From Macrostomum lignano (taxonomy: Eukaryota): a stretch of 64,000 bases of DNA. The position numbers were made by a program, and so were the translations under genes. This document shows positions 1-13,159 of this stretch, piece by piece. The stretch covers positions 115,263 through 179,262 of the forward strand of contig NIVC01000656.1 in the NCBI GenBank assembly GCA_002269645.1, read 5' to 3'. Under the pieces are notes generated by a model. The model had not been told where the DNA came from and made no database searches. It saw only the letters and a program-made list of their open reading frames with translations. Every line of letters begins with the position of its first letter. Position 1 is the first letter of the stretch.

Positions 1-239
1 ATGGTTTGCATCATGTAAAAAAACTCTAAACAATTTTTAAAGCACTGGTTCAGAGTTGCCATATATAGACTTGAAACTAACAATTGTATTTAAAGAGTTA
101 AAAATATGCTAAATATTAAGCATATCTGCCATTCTAAAATATTTTTCAAATAGATTAATTTAGCAAAAAATATAAAAGCACCTACAATCAATTAGCCATT
201 AGTAATGAAAAACCTATAACCTACTACCTTCAGGCTTCA

Positions 240-1330
240 TATCAGATCAGGTGCCTAATTAATATGGCGCATGACTAAGACCGCCACACACTAAGACTGC
301 CACAGCTTGACTTATTTGACTTAGCTGCAGGGCTCTCCTAGGGGGACACAGTGGGAAGGCGCAAGCACCCATTCTGCTAATTCCTGAATGGCTGAGGCGT
401 CGCTATGGACAAAGGATTGGCACTGCCCTAGGAGGTCCCCCAGTGTTGCCAGCAGCTATAGTGCTCTCTGGAAAGGAGAGTTCAGCCCTGCAGGTGGCCC
501 GGAAGTAGGTTCAGGACTGAGAGAGGCGCCAGAGGCGCCAACTTTTGCAAGGGCATCAGCCAACTCATTCCCTTGGATCCCCACATGCCCTGGAACCCAC
601 TTAAGGGTGATTTTGTTGGTGGAGCCCAACATGTTAAAGAGTTTGATACAGTCGAAGACTGTAGCAGAATTGGTACTACAGCCACTAATGGCGTGCAAGG
701 CAGCTTGGCTGTCTGAATAGAAAATGATGTTATGCCAGTGGTGAGAAGCTTTGCAATATAGGAGCTGATGGTGAGAACTTCATTTTGGAAGACATTGGAA
801 TTGACCCCAGTGTACTGAGTGTGGGTTGCAATGACCTTTTCAAAAATATTCCAACACCAAAAACGGTGTTGGCTGACTGCTTAGAACTGTCAGTGTAGCA
901 ATGAAGCTTACCATGGTTCCAGGTAGCACTAACCTAGACAACCAAGGCGTATGTAATGGCAGGTCTAATTACGGAAATGTAGATCCACCAAAGACACATT
1001 AGGGATAGACCCTAAGAAGTGCCAAGTGCTTTTTGGAGCTGCGCCAGGATGGCTGTGGACACTTGGCTTTTGCTTTCATGTGGAAGGACCAGTTGAGCCG
1101 GTGGTCAAGTATGACCCCAAGACATCTGGTCTAGTGTGCAAAGGTTTACTAGCTACTGGTATTGAGGGGGAGCCACACTCTGGATCATGTAGTATATATA
1201 CCCGAAAATTTGGGTATGCATTGGCTTTGCATGCCAAAAGTAGACATGCATAGTTGGCATTCATCACTCCTAAGAAAATAAACCTAGTGTGCACTTTATA
1301 GAATCACGCAGAAGAGTTATTGTAAAGTAG
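240..1330 (-). mobile_element. Decayed non-LTR retrotransposon fragment (RT C-terminus plus RNase H)
   Basis: Minus-strand translations give RCLGVILDHRLNWSFH (~1130-1080) and WIYISVIRPAITY (~990-945), both RT C-terminal motifs. They also give VFQNEVLTI..YSDSQAALHAI..ITLKWVPGHVGIQGNELADALAK (~800-550), typical of LINE RNase H. Stops and frameshifts are present. Boundaries are approximate. Confidence 0.85.
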
Positions 1331-4300
1331 AAAAAAGGTAAAAAAAGTTCATTTTTAAGTGTTAATTTCCTACTTTCTGGCTTTTGAAGCTTATAATAAG
1401 GCATTTAAACACATCTTTATGTGTATCAATTTTCCACTAGAAATAGTGTCACCAAAAAAGCCAAAAAAATTAACCAAATTATCTGTCAAAAAGGGTCATT
1501 TATTGTCGCAACACCAGTGGAGTTTTAAGAATAGGTGTGCACCCAAATTTTTGGTATGCATTTGTAACTATCAATTTTTGTTCAGGCATGCACCTAGCAT
1601 GATCCAGATTATAGAGGGGAGCTACCAATCTTCTAGCATTGCTATTTCTCTCATAGGTTCCTTTCTTGCAACCTTGTTCTACTGGTTCTCTTACCTATTC
1701 ATATCCTTTCTAGCATTATCTAATAACACATTAAGCCAAATTTCTCCCCTAGCTAGCTTCTCCAAATGTGGCAGTCTTGGTATGTAGTAGTCTTGGTCTT
1801 ACACCATTAATATTTTTGTTTCTAATGATAAATAGACAATGTTTAGCAGCTTTTTATTATTTATGAATGATATTACATTAAAACTATAACTATAAACCTG
1901 GTGGCCTGTTGATTGATTAGATATAGGGGGGCTTAAGGGATATAAAATTATAGTTTTGATTATTTATTGTATCAAGCAGTATTTTATATAATAATATAAT
2001 ATATTATATTATATATTGATGATTATTTATATATTTGATACAATGATCAGATCTATGTTTATTTATTATTATAAAAACATAATAAAAACAACATATAATT
2101 TGTGCAACAATGGCTAATCATGATTAATGATAGTTGATTTCAATTGTTGGAAAGTAGGCCTATTTTGAATTTCCTTGTGCCATAAGCTTTATAAGCGGCA
2201 TAAGCCTATAATAAAAATAATTAGTTATTAGGCCCTAAGTTATTTCATTATTTTTATAAAATAATTGAAGACCTTTAGGTTATGACTAATTTTTTTGTCA
2301 AATATATATACATATATTAAGTAAATGGAGCAAAGGTCTAGACTATGCCAGATTGATTGCTTAACACCTTTCTCTTATATGCCCAAGTCTAGACTATCTG
2401 TCTATAGCTATACTATACTACTAGATAGGCCTACAAATTTGTTATTTTGTTATAGATGACACTATCTACAATAATGATTATTTATTGTAATAGGGAATAG
2501 GGATAGATAGGCATGTCCAGAAAAATAGCCTTGATGGCTGAAGCCATCTGAGTCATTACAAGAATGCTGCTTTAAAATTATTAATAGGCCTAACTAGGAT
2601 TACATCATATATGTGCAGGGCCCCTCCTAATTTCTTTATAAAATAGTCACCATTTAGTCAATTTGAATTCACGCCAAAACTAAGAAACATATTTTGTTTT
2701 AATACTCGTATTTTCTATAATATTTTGCACTAACAAATTTTTGTTTAAAACTGTAGCAAATTTTAGTATAAATAGAAGCGTTTTTGGCAGAGGAGAGACC
2801 AACCTCGCGCATCGCAGTTCAATAATAAAACAGTTGATAGCTAATAGTAAGAGTTCCAAGAAAATAAGAATTGAAGAAGTGTTTTCTGTGTTAATTCCTT
2901 TTAAGAAGTAAGAGTGAAGTAGACGGAAGTGTGTACCGTATATACTACTGAGAAGGAAAGTGTCAAGTAGTAAGAAGTTGCGAAGTAGATCTGAAGTAAT
3001 ACATGTAAGAATAATGGAGGCTGTGACCCTCTGATCTTGGTAACGCCCAAGGACTTGCAAAGTACATGAAATACATATACCAGTAAGCCAAAATACCGCT
3101 CAGGCCATTATTAAATAGAATGCTACCAGAATAATCAGAAGAGTAAAATTTTTCAGGGCTAATAGTTTTTCTAAGAATAATACTCAGACTAAATACTCAG
3201 ACCTATTCTAAGAAACATTTCTCAGATTATTCTAATATTGATAAACTCATAATTTATTAATAGAATAATCTTGGTGGCAGCTACCAACCTAAGAACACTT
3301 AAAAGATTAGTAAATTAGCCCTGTAACAGCTTGGTGGCTAATTGGTGGGATTTTGTATCGTACAGGAACACCACTTTGACAACTTGGTGGCAGCGAGTAA
3401 AACTAGGCCTAGAAAGAGAATAATTAAGAGCCCTGGGACAGCTTTTGGTACTAGCGATAGGATATTATTAAGAAGGAAGAATCACCCCTGTTACAGCTTT
3501 TGGTGTCTTAGCGGTGGGATTCTCAGTGTACAGGAAACACCCCTGTTACAGCTTTTGGTGTCAGCGGTAGAGATTTTCTAGAGAGAGCTGAAACCCCTAG
3601 TACAACTTTAGTGACAGCTGTGGAATCATTTGTAGGGACAGAAGTTACCCCCTAGTACATATATAGAACAAAAAATGAGAAAAGTGCACAGAACATTATG
3701 TAGTATTTTTTATTCTACAATTTAATAATCTGAATTAAATACCTTTGCTAACAAGTTGAGATCAGATCTGTAATCTGAACCCAGACCATGCAAGTGAAAG
3801 GCATACTAAAAGTAGTAACTCGCCTCAGGCCACCGCCACTCAGCTTCTACAATGTTAAACCTTGACTCTGAAATTCCATAGATGCTATTGCAATTGCAGA
3901 AATAACGTAGGCTAACTTAAACTTTCTAGTTAAAGCCGGACTGAAACTTCTAGATTTAAATCCGGTAACAATTAGTGATCCCAGTTCGATTTCCACTTTC
4001 CTATGTTTTGAATCCACGCGCGACTTAGAGTCAAAGTTAATCTTAAACAAATGGTGCACAATCGACTTGCTATTGTATAGTAAAATTAGCGATAAAGTAA
4101 CAAAAAAGTGGTGTCACAAAAAACCATTTGTTTTTAACCTAAAAAGTAAGACTTTAAGTCAAATGCTGTGTGTATTTTACCTTTGTATATTTTAAAATGT
4201 TATTTTATTTAAAAGATGAATCTCTTTTCGGTTCTTCATTTCTCTCTACTTATTGTGATATTCCGATATTATTTTTATACCATACTATATTTATTTTTTT

Positions 4301-4410
4301 TATTAAAGTAATTTATTACTATGTCTAAGTCTTATCTAAATATTATATATAATACTAGGCTACTACTATACAATGTTCATACTGGATAGATACTAAGATA
4401 CCTAACCTAA

Positions 4411-4527
4411 GGGGCTATCCTGTAGTTTCGCACGTTAAATTATTTTACGGAATTTTTTCGCCCTCTATTCAAGGGTGGTGGGGGGTGGGGGTAATAATTT
4501 AACGTGCGAAACTACAGGATAGCCACC
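4411..4527. mobile_element. 117-bp MITE, PIF/Harbinger (Tourist)-like
   Basis: Perfect 32-bp inverted repeat: 4413-4444 ggctatcctgtagtttcgcacgttaaattatt and its reverse complement at 4493-4524. It is flanked by TAA at 4408-4410 and 4528-4530. Confidence 0.7.
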
Positions 4528-5773
4528 TAAGGCTATGGCTAAGTACTAATTAATTCGAATTTAATATACTACTTGTAATGAATACTAGGCATGATGGTTG
4601 GCTGTTTGCATCTCAATAAGAGTAATTTAAAAGTTGATTTATGACAAGGGGTTTTTAAACATTGAGTAGTTTATTATTGAGGTTATTTTTAAGATTTAAA
4701 GGTTATTTATTTTGTTTGACTTACTTACTAAGCCTACCTATTTAGTATTTATATAGTCTTTATTTATATAGGCCTACTGAAATTTTCATAGTTGTTTAAA
4801 ACAAATTTTTATAATAATATATAGAAATAACAATCTTTTTAATATTTTTAGAGTACAGCAGGCTAATACATTAGTGGAATTAAAAAAGTATTTTTTAAAG
4901 AATCAATGAACCATATTGTGAAAAGTATAGGCCCTAGTATATGCTAGAAAATTCTGGCATACAAAGGCTTTAGCTGGTGTACATCTGGCATACAAATGCT
5001 TTAGCTAATGTACATATGGTGTACAAGAAGGAAATATAATTTTTTGGCTCAATCATCGGCATGCAATTCTTAACTATACATGTTAAAGTTTGTAACACAG
5101 TGTATGTGTCTAGTTGCGTAAATTACACTAAACAATCGTTTGTTGTAGTAAGGTTAATTTTAAATTTATGACAATAAATTAACCTAGTTTTTTAAATAAT
5201 ATCATTAACTTTTCCATAGTTACTAATAAAAAGTATACCTAAGCTAAATCAATTGTATACGTAACTATTTTGTTTTACTAATTATTTTTATTTTTTAATG
5301 ATATACGTTTCATTTTTCTGCAGAACCATTATTATTTGCCACATCTAATGCTTGTTACATTGGTTATGTGCTTGTTAATCACACTATGCTTAGTAGCATA
5401 CAATTTATTAGAACATTTAATTGGTGTAATTTACTAGCATACATTTAAAATGTTGCAAATTGTTGGAAATATTGTCATAATAGTTAACTTTTACCAACAC
5501 ATTTTCAGATGCATCTTCCAATATTTTTTATAACACCAAAATAAATGCTACAAAAGTCAAAAAGTGTAGTATAATTAACTTTTGCCAACATATCTTGTCA
5601 ACACTTTTTTTGACACAAATTGTCATTAGCTGAAAAGGGCTAGAAATAGTAGTATAGGCATTTATAGGATTAACATTATCTTTGCAACAATATTAATAAT
5701 TTAGGTAGCTATCATAAAATGAGTATTTAAAAAAATGATTTGCTTATTAAAATTTTCATTACAACATTATAGG

Positions 5774-6970
5774 CAGTGTTGGGCAAAGTTCCGGCACTTT
5801 TGGCACTTTTAGTACCTGAAGTTACTTTTTTTAATATGGCACTTTTTGTTTTTTTTAGAATGCTGGACTATGGTAAAGTAAGTCCAGTCTTCAAGTACTT
5901 AAAAATGAAACTTTAGATCCCAAATGGCCAATTTAGCACTAAATATTTCCTAAAAATGCAAAAATTCACCAAAATACCCATAGTACAATTATTTAGAGAT
6001 AAAAAGGATGATCCTAGATCATGTGCTTTTTACTTTTTAAGTTAAAGCACATTTTAAGCATTATATACATGTAGAATCATAGAATGAAGTAATTATTGGT
6101 AACTACTATTGCTGAAACAAGACATATTGAAAACAATAAACATCCTTGTTTAACAACTCTGCAAGTTTTCTAAAGTTTTTTGAAAGCTAATTTCTTCATT
6201 TCAAAAAATTCATCATAAATGATGCATTCCAAAAGTGTTTTGACTTTTAACTCATTTGAGGATTATTATTTTCTGATTGCAGCACAATTTAAGGCACTGT
6301 ACTAATCAAGTCTTGTGCATTGGTCCATCTATCAAATTCTAGCCATTTGTTGTCTGGTATCTGTTTTGTTAATTGTTAACTAGCATTTCTAAGGCTGCCA
6401 GAATATATATTATTATTGATTCTAAATAAAAGTATTATACTACTATAAAAGTATAGCTACTATAAAACTACAATACAACACTATACACTATAGTAGGGCA
6501 ATGAGAATGGCCCTCACAAACAAAAAGTTGCCTAAAGTATTTTGCAGTGATCATTGTGACATATCTATTAGACAAAATTTTCTCTATAATACTTGATCTG
6601 AAGAGTCAGAATCAACACTTGAAAATATATATCATCCTGATATACATGTATTGCTAATCTCTGTTTTGTAAAGGTATTGTTTAGTCACTTAAGTTTTGGA
6701 TGCAATAATAACAAAAACACTATGTTGCATCTTTATTTGAGGAATAACAGCCTGTTTAACTCTCTAGACCAACACATGTTTTTTTTCATGAAGACATGTT
6801 TAAGTACTTTTTAATTGGTGGTTCTATAAAACTAGAAAGGACCAGTAATAGAAGTATTAGAAGTTACTTTTTTAAAAGCACCAACCAGAACAAGTGCCAG
6901 AAGTTACTTTCCTTGGAACTAGAAGTTATTTAACTAGAAGTTACTTTTCCAAAGTAACTTGCCAACACTG
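5774..6970. mobile_element. Non-autonomous hAT-like DNA transposon (~1.2 kb)
   Basis: The ends cagtgttgggcaaagtt and aacttgccaacactg are imperfect inverted repeats. An 8-bp direct duplication, attatagg, lies at 5766-5773 and 6971-6978. Subterminal aagttactttt repeats are present, with no ORF. Confidence 0.8.
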
Positions 6971-7559
6971 ATTATAGGTAATTTGTTTCTTACAACAATG
7001 TCATTTAGATACTCGTAGCAGACTTTTCACTCCTAGTTCTTTTTTCTATTAAAGTTTTTTCATTCAGTGTGAAGAATACCTTACCAAAAATAGATTTTAT
7101 ATTGAGTTCTATACTTTGATTGCAAAACAGGATTTGAATGATGCCTTATTTTAGATATTTGTGTCTAAAATAATATAACAGAAGAAAGAAATAAGCAAGC
7201 CAATTATTTCGTAAATAAAATTTTTCAATAAATTATTGTGATCTTTCAGGCAGCACTACCTATTGGTTTGGGACTTTTTTGGTCAAGTTGTTGTTCTTGG
7301 AGAACCAGAGGCCTAGTTCCTCAGACCTTCAAATTGGCCTCTAGAAGCAGTTCCAATGCTCAATTGACCAGTGATAAAACTGCAGGGCGCAGTCAGTTAT
7401 TACTGTATGTGTCTTACAATGGCTGCCCATACAATGGTGCTGCAAATCATTCTTCCAATTGGCAGGTGTGCAGTTATGTTCAATTTTATTTTCTGTAATT
7501 TTTTAAGAATTAGTAATAATATCTAGATATAGTTATTAAACTTTTAATTGTTAGCACTT

Positions 7560-8065
7560 TTTTCTTAGAAATCGCTTGTCGCTTGCACTGGCTAGAGCTG
7601 CTATTCCTTAGAAATCGCTTGTCGCTTGCACTGGCTAGAGCTGCTATTCCTTAGAAATCGCTTGTCACTTGCAATGGCTGGAGCTGCTATTTCTTAGAAA
7701 TTGCTTGTTGCTTGCAATGGCTAGAGCAGCTGTTTCTTAGAAATCGCTTGCAATGGCTAGAGCTGCTGTTTCTTGGAAATAGCTTGTCGCTTGCAATGGC
7801 TAGAGCGGCTGTTTCTTAGAAATCGCTTGCAATGGCTAGAACTGCTGTTTCTTGGAAATAGCTTGTCGCTTGCAATAGCTAGAGCGGCTGTTTCTTGGAA
7901 ATAGCTTGTCGCTTGCAATGGCTAGAGGCTAGAGCTGCTGTTTCTTGGAAATAGCTTTTCGCTTGCAATGGCTAGAGCAGCTGTTTCTTAGAAATCGCTT
8001 GCAATGGCTACAGCTGCTATTTCTTAGAAATAGCTTGTCGCTTGCAATGGCTAGATTCTATTTCT
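7560..8065. repeat. Minisatellite, ~43-bp unit, PUSL1 intron
   Basis: Tandem ttagaaatcgcttgtcgcttgcaatggctagagctgctattcc variants. Confidence 0.9.
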
Positions 8066-8714
8066 TAAAAATCACTTGACAAGAAAAGTGCAGGCGCTAT
8101 ATTAAAAAATCTGTTCATCTGACACTAAAATATTGTTTGTTCTAACAAAAAAACTGCATCAGGTACGCTCCGTGTCCAAAGCTCTGCACCATCACCTAAT
8201 CCAACTCATGGGTCCGAGCCGTTGGATCAACAGGCTAAACATCAGCAGCTGAACTGACAAAGACGTGCACGCGCTAATGAACACAGTCAGCGTGCGTCAT
8301 TCCGGACCTATCGACTATTCAGTCGCATTATTGCGCCTTATGCTTAACGCTTCGTTGAAACAATCCGGCGAGTCTATTCGAATTCATCTTATCAGGCCGG
8401 TGCCATTGTCAAGCGGAGAATTCTCCTTAGTAACGGGAGTAGCCAGACGGGAATACGTGTATAGATTGGCGCTGCTAGCCGAGCCGGGGCTCACCCTGAT
8501 GCACCCGGAGGCAGCCTGGCTTGGCAGCAGTCGTTGGCTAGTTGAACCGCCGCTGTCCCTGGAACTGCTGCATCAGGCTGCCGGTGTTCTGAATGGAGAG
8601 CACGATTTTTCTGCGTTTACTAATTTGAATGTGAGTTTTTTCAGTTACTATAGCAACAAAATCCAGCCAAAAATCAAACCAAAGCAAACAGATTCCGTTA
8701 GAATTGTCTCCATA

Positions 8715-9245
8715 GCAACCCCATCCAATCAGAATCGTCCCCCAAAGCAACCCCATCCAATCAGAATCGTCCCCCAAAGCAACCCCATCCAATCAGAATC
8801 GTCCCCCAAAGCAACCCCATCCAATCAGAATCGTCCCCCAAAGCAACCCCATCCAATCAGAATCGTCCCCCAAAGCAACCCATCCAATCAGAATCGTCCC
8901 CCAAAGCAACCCCATCCAATCAGAATCGTCCCCCAAAGCAACCCCATCCAATCAGAATCGTCCCCCAAAGCAACCCCATCCAATCAGAATCGTCCCCCAA
9001 AACAACTCCATCCAATCAGAATCGTCCCCCATAGCACTTCATCCAATCAGAATCGTCCCCCAAAGCAACCCCATCCAATCAGAATCGTCCCCCAAAGCAA
9101 CCCCATCCAATCAGAATCGTCCCCCAAAACAACCTTATCCAATCAGAATCGTCCCCCAAAGCACTTCATCCAATCAGAATCGTCCCCCATAGCACCCCAT
9201 CCAATCAGAATTGTCCCTCATAGCACCCCATCCAATCAGAATCCG
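8715..9245. repeat. Minisatellite, 32-bp unit, PUSL1 intron
   Basis: Tandem ccccatccaatcagaatcgtcccccaaagcaa. Confidence 0.95.
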
Positions 9246-9499
9246 CCTAGTATCCGCTATAAGTATCCGCCCCATCTCCGACAAACCGGCAGGGCCTCAG
9301 CCGCTGTTACACTCCGCTACGCCGACTAGAAATTTGCGTCGACGACTCCGTTTCCGTGGACCGACTTCACGCCTGCAACAGTTTTACTAGCGACTGCTTC
9401 ACCGGTTGCGTTGATCTGCACTTTGGCGCTAGAAGCTTTCTTTATAAGCAGGTTCGATTTATGGCTGGAGCTTTGGTGGCGACTGCCAAGGGCACGGTG

Positions 9500-9768
9500 A
9501 GTTCAAAGAGATGCCGCCAGTCCCAGTTCAAAGAGATGCCGCCAGTCCCAGTTCAAAGAGATGCCGCCAGTCCCGGTTTAAAGAGATGCCGCCAGTCCCA
9601 GTTCAAAGAGATGCCGCGAGTCCCAGTTCAAAGAGATGCCGCCAGTCCCAGTTCAAAGAGATGCCGCGAGTCCCAGTTCAAAGAGATGCCGCGAGTCCCA
9701 GTTCAAAGAGATGCCGCCAGTCCCGGTTTAAAGAGATGCCGACAGTCCCAGTTCAAAGAGATGCCGCC
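9500..9768. repeat. Minisatellite, 25-bp unit, PUSL1 intron
   Basis: Tandem gagatgccgccagtcccagttcaaa, starting at the splice donor. Confidence 0.95.
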
Positions 9769-10284
9769 GCTATCTTTGTTCTTATATTGTTAGTGCAATA
9801 ATAATTAATCAGTTATCATATTTAATTTGACCCCGCAGGTAACCCTGGACCAACTCAAAGACATGCTCAGCAATCCCCCCGATTATACGGGCTTAAAACC
9901 ATACGACGCAGCGCCTCCGCATGGTCTTTATTTAAAATGCGTTCGCTACGCCAATCCCAAATGGGATCTTAACTGGCCAGACATACGGGCTGACAATGCC
10001 ACTCTCAATACGGACTTTTGTCGCCAACTTTTGATAAGGTTTCGTGATAAAACCTGCCCAATGAATTTTGTGGAGCTTAGTAGGGAGCACGAGGCCTACT
10101 TGGCAACGGTTGCTAAGGAAGCTTCTTCGGTGGAGACCGCGAGAGATGAATCGTGTTCTAGAGTATGATCTGAGTGAACTCGGAGCTTTGCTAATTTTAT
10201 TTTTTATGCATCAAAATCTGATGCTTCTAAGTACATTTTGTACTCTTTATTCAAACACTTTGTTACTAGGCCACAGGCACAGCC

Positions 10285-10645
10285 AGCCTTCCAGATCCTC
10301 AGTTGCTGGGCCAGCCTCCCAGATCCTCAGTTGCTCGGCCAGCCTCCCAGATCCTCAGTTGCTGGGTCAGCCTCCCAGATCCTCAGTTGCTGGGCCAGCC
10401 TCCCTGATCCTCAGTTGCTGGGCCAGCCTCCCAGATCCTCAGTTGCTGGGCCAGCCTCACAGATCCTCAGTTGCTGGGCCAGCCTCCCTGATCCTCAGTT
10501 GCTGGGCCAGCCTCCCTGATCCTCAGTTGCTGGGCCAGCCTCCCAGATCCTCAGTTGCTGGGCCAGCCTCCCAGATCCTCAGTTGCTGGGCCAGCCTCCC
10601 AGATCCTCAGTTGCTGGGCCAGCCTCCCAGACTCAAGTTGCTGCG
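10285..10645. repeat. Minisatellite, 28-bp unit (dispersed family)
   Basis: Tandem cctcccagatcctcagttgctgggccag, the reverse complement of the units at 30.2-32.2 kb and 59.5-60.6 kb. Confidence 0.95.
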
Positions 10646-10860
10646 CTTCAGTCCATCGATAATATGAAACAGCATCTGTTGAATCAGCTCTGAGAAACCA
10701 CTTACTTATTTTAGTACCAACTTATTTAAGTCAGCATCACTGCATTTTACAAATGATTGTTCCCCTTTATGTGGCATTTTTTATCGGCGAAAATTACTAT
10801 CGACAATTGCAAATTGTGTTGTGTCTGATTTGTTTCGATAAAATAAAGTCAATCACTTGT

Positions 10861-11189
10861 ATGATCAATTGTGTAGGCTACTTGCAACCATTTTCGTTGG
10901 CTTTTAGACTATTTTTATTAATTCAAAAGGTTTATAATTTTAATAAAAAAAGGCAGACAGACAGACGGACAGACAGACAGACAGACAGACTGGCGGACAG
11001 ACAAACAGACAGACAGACAGGCAGACAGACAAACAGACAGACATGCAGACAGACAGGCAGACAGACAGACAGACAGACAGACATGCAGACAGACAGACAG
11101 ACATGCAGACAGACAGACAGACATGCAGACAGACAAAGACAGACAGACGGACAGGCAGACAGACAGGCGGACAGACAGACAGACAGGCG

Positions 11190-11225
<36 letters not shown>

Positions 11226-11811
11226 TGCAGACAGACAAACAGACAGACAGGCGGACAGACAGACAGACAGGCGGACAGACAGACAGACAGGCGGACAGAC
11301 AGACATGCAGACAGACAGACACACAGACTGATCTGTATGCCATACCTCCCCATCCCCGCAGCTGCGCCAGCTGTGGGCCGTACTCCTGGCCCTATTCCGT
11401 CGGGCGCTGTGCTTTCTAAGCATAGTGCGGCAGAGGCGGCCGTCGGGCACCCCCCTGCCAATGTATCACCAACAGCAGCATCAGCAGCCGCCCAGCTTAG
11501 ACCCGTCAGCTGGTGACGGTTTCACAGCCTGGTCTGATTGGGGAGGCTCTGGGGAGCCCTCAACAGTCGCCTCATCTACTGCAGCTGCTGCCGCCGCCGC
11601 TACTAATGTCTCAAATAATCCCGAAGACCTTCTGCTTCGCGATTTAGAACCGCGCGTGTCAAAGACTCGGAAAGTCTACGTTGGACCCAAACAACAGCAG
11701 CAGCAGCAGCAAATGCAACAGCAACAATTAGCCTATAGACAGGATTTATCGATTGGGGCGGTGTCTAATCATCTTGGCGAATGGCAGGACAATTCTGGTT
11801 GGGACGAATAA
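10861..11811 (+). CDS. EBAG9: EBAG9/RCAS1-like protein, two exons
   Basis: Exon 11362-11811 follows a pyrimidine-rich acceptor and reads LRQLWAVLLALFRRALCF..FTAWSDW..EDLLLRDLEPRVSKTRKVYV..LGEWQDNSGWDE*. This parallels the EBAG9 motif order (hydrophobic N-terminus, WTSWD, DYFKDMTPTIRKTQK, WQENTNAWEE). Candidate first exon 10861-10929 (MINC..AFRLFLLIQK) joins in phase 0. Confidence 0.65.
10952..11328. repeat. (CAGA)n microsatellite, EBAG9-like intron
   Basis: Imperfect cagacaga/cagacagg/catg tetranucleotide run. Confidence 0.95.
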
Positions 11812-12174
11812 TTTCAATAATTGCAGTTTTTTGTTTTATATAAAAATGTGCTTTTATTTTCTACTTAGAAATTTTGTTGGTCAGTAGTATAGTTGCAAAT
11901 TTGCAATTTATTGTTATTTCCTCTTACAGATATTAAGCGACGTTTGCTTTCTTTGCTACTCTCCAATGTAGCTGGATAAACCTAGTTAAAGTAGTATGTT
12001 TCGTCTTGGCTATTATTGTTTGTCCCGGCTTGAAATTAATCACGAGTTTTTTAATACGAGTAGCAACAACATTTTGTATTCTATATGTTAATTCAAATTT
12101 TATTATTTCTTAATCATTTCTTTCTATGCCCGGTTTGTTTAAATGACGACAGTTAAAATCGTTATTGAGGTTGC

Positions 12175-12470
12175 CCGCGTAATCTAAAGGCTGAGATTTC
12201 CCGAATTTAAATGGTGAGATTTCCGTAATCTAAAGAATGAGATTTCCGGAGTCTTCAAGGTGAGATATATGGAATCTAAAGGGTGAGATTTCTGAAATCT
12301 AATGGGTGAGATTTTCGGAATCTAAAGGATGAGATTTCCGGAATGCGGAATCTAAATGTTGAGATTGCATTAATCTAAAGCAGAATTTCCATGATCTACC
12401 TTGCAATTGTTATTTTTGAGATCTGAAAGGACATTTATAGAATCTTTAAAGGGTAAAATTTCTGGAAGCG
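12175..12470. repeat. Degenerate minisatellite (gaatctaaagggtgagatttc)
   Basis: Repeated aatctaa..gtgagatttc motif, the reverse complement of the aatctcacc core seen elsewhere. Confidence 0.7.
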
Positions 12471-13159
12471 AAAGTTTTAGTTTTGATATGTAGTCAGGAT
12501 GCTCTCAGCTAATTTGACAGTGATAATTTGGTCACAGTTATATTTGGTGTCCTTAACTCATCTTAAGTATACTGTACTGCTTTATCTCGGATTTCTAACC
12601 TTTTTCAGTATAAATTGAACAAAACAATTTCAATATGCAGCTCTTATTGCCTCTATCAGTGACTGTGTGTACTTTAGTATAAAATTAAGCGTGTTGGTGA
12701 TTTCTCCAAAGAATGCTGAAAGCACTGCATCGTATATTGCCCGGCCGCGAATGTCTTGATGAAATGAATGATTAACTATAAATATATTCATTTAATGACG
12801 TATATGCTAGTTCACTCGAAAATTTGACTGTGGAGTGGATTACAATTAATTATTTTCGTTTGTCTTAAATTAATGCGAGCTTATCATTGTTTTACAGAAT
12901 CAAGCAATTTATATTTACATATACTTTGTAGACTGGAGAATGCCCAATGGAACAACGAAAATTCGGAGTACTAAAACAAAGTTGTGTGTACTTATATCTA
13001 CATTTTCTTCCCAATACTAATACTACATTCTTAGTGAGTCTTGGGAGTCCTGGAAGCCCCAAAGGCTCAAATCCAGTAAAGTACGTTACTGTTTACCGTA
13101 CGACCTGCTCAAGTTTGGCTGTGTCCACTCCACTACATGCAAGCTACTTACAGTTATGG

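Larger units (their letters stand above)
7250..10168 (+). pseudogene. PUSL1: TruA-family tRNA pseudouridine synthase (PUSL1-like) with an in-frame stop; possibly a pseudogene
   Basis: Phase-compatible GT-AG exons: 7250-7465 (LLLYVSYNGCPYNG), 8163-8630 (SS*TDKDVHALMN, REYVYR, GEHDFSAF), 9293-9496 (ARSFLYKQVRFMAG) and 9839-10168 (APPHGLYLKCVRY). TGA at 8250-8252 sits where TruA enzymes have the Arg of RTD. The ATG-bearing first exon was not found. Confidence 0.75.

Noticed and set aside
2680-3660. Hydrophobic 126-aa ORF and degenerate ccctgttacagcttttgg repeats
   Set aside because: Low-complexity AT-rich sequence, probably an old repeat remnant. No ends or domain were identified.
3847-4059. 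70-aa minus-strand ORF in a slightly GC-richer patch
   Set aside because: No recognisable motif. It may be a promoter or first exon of PUSL1 or a divergent gene, but this cannot be supported.
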